Position numbers and translations under genes: made by a program. The notes beneath the pieces are model-generated. The model saw only the letters and a program-made list of their open reading frames with translations. It was not told the origin of the DNA and did not search any database. From positions 2,418,001 to 2,482,000 of the forward strand of contig OZ316896.1 of NCBI GenBank assembly GCA_973895155.1: DNA of 64,000 nt, read 5' to 3'. This stretch comes from Marsupella aquatica (lineage: Eukaryota > Plantae > Marchantiophyta). Within the stretch, counting starts at the first letter, position 1; each line of letters opens with the position of its first letter. Positions 62,815-64,000 of the stretch are shown one piece after another.

Positions 62815-63111
62815 ATGGACTGGCAGGGGCAAAAGCTTTCGGAGCAGCTCATGCAATACTTACTATTGACATCCGCTGGTGTGTCCTTTTTGACTGGATT
62901 TTTCGTATCGTCTTATCGAATGATGCTTATCATCTATGTGGCTGGGGTATTCGTCACTTTTCTTGCCACAGTCCCTGAGTGGCCTTTTTACAACTATCAT
63001 ACCTTGGAATGGTCTGAGCCACCAACCACCGGCGCGCCCAGAAGCAAACTGCTGAGGTCAAGGCAGCAAGAAGCCGCCAAAAAACCAGCCAAGCCCGTTG
63101 CGAAAAGATAA
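62815..63111 (+). CDS. SPCS1: Signal peptidase complex subunit 1 (SPC12), 98 aa
   Basis: MDWQGQKLSEQLMQYLL, two TM segments and VPEWPFYNYHTLEW, the typical SPC12 signature. Confidence 0.93.
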   Translation: MDWQGQKLSEQLMQYLLLTSAGVSFLTGFFVSSYRMMLIIYVAGVFVTFLATVPEWPFYNYHTLEWSEPPTTGAPRSKLLRSRQQEAAKKPAKPVAKR

Positions 63112-64000
63112 TACATCTGCCTTATTTGCGTTGCCGCCTTAGGGATGCAGCAGCGTGGTTTAGATATGAGCAATGACTGATTTTCCCATCATTCTACAAT
63201 ATGCCTGTGATTTCATTGATCTCAGATACCGTCCTCAAAGCTCAAATTTCGGATCGGCCTTCCAGTTCTGTAGATTTTTGGTCACATATTGTTTTCACAT
63301 TCATTCTGTAACTGTTGTCCTTGCTATTGATGCTCTGTTCAAAGCTTCTGCGTAGCTGGAGAGTATAGAAGTTGAACTGTACAGTGGAAAAGTCGGAAGC
63401 ATAGCGGTTCGGTGGGACATTCTTAGTAAGTGCATGATATTTGGAAACAAACGATGAGCATTAATTGGTGCTTTGAGCCGAGAAATTGATCTCTTTATGG
63501 CACACGGTCATGAAGGCAGTGTCCCTTTAAGCTCTGCCACGGCTTGTCTCTTGGAATGCGGAAGTTAAGTCTGACAATCTTACGTGGTAGTGGTTTCTTG
63601 TACCGTGGTAAGTGGTTTCTTGTACCGTTTCAAACGAAGGACCAGAGGGATTGCAGATCACAAATGATTATATGTTGTTGTACTCGTCCTCTCTCGTTCT
63701 ATTGGATTGCATTTTGTTACCGTAAGCAAGTACGCTAGGAGAGGGTTACACTGAATGTGACCATTGTGGACTCTGTTTGCTGGAACTATATTAGCGGTGG
63801 AAAACTGATATGTGCCGAATCGTACTGCTTATTGACTTCTACTAAGGAACTCTGGAACATCGAAGGTGTTCTGTAACACCGCCGGCTCTAAGATTGCGGT
63901 GCAAGTACTTATGTGTAGATTGTTCCAGCAGAAAGTGCCCTCCCAAGTAATGATATGAAGTAACTTCTATCCTTCGACTCACATAGCCCGAGCAAAGAAG

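Noticed and set aside
58845-62856. Similar short ORFs in both arms (e.g. VGVEVVVSFGN, IASIFxWRAExTRRCVN)
   Set aside because: They reflect DNA-level duplication of a non-coding intron; frames and stops are not conserved between the arms.

Overview
Eukaryotic, intron-containing plant nuclear DNA, most consistent with a bryophyte such as a liverwort (inferred from the gene content and GT-AG intron structure). Ten protein-coding genes can be read: PUX1-like UBX protein (+), an intronless secreted alpha/beta-hydrolase (-), LSM7 (+), N-carbamoylputrescine amidase (-), an Sfi1-repeat-like coiled-coil protein (+), proteasome alpha-7/PAG1 (+), a SOP1/ZC3H3-like CCCH protein (-), CWC25 (+), and signal peptidase complex subunits SPCS3 (-) and SPCS1 (+). 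Intergenic DNA is rich in tandem and dispersed repeats. The standout feature is at the right end: SPCS3 and SPCS1 are non-homologous subunits of the same complex, sit head-to-head, and share an inverted ~1 kb duplicated 5' leader (first exon with a uORF plus a ~0.9 kb 5'UTR intron). Also notable are a 60-bp plastid-type 16S rRNA 5'-end fragment, a decayed fungal-type AAA+ ATPase relic, a solo LTR, and a MITE-like insertion whose empty site is visible next door. Exon boundaries were read by eye and family assignments come from recalled motifs, not database searches.
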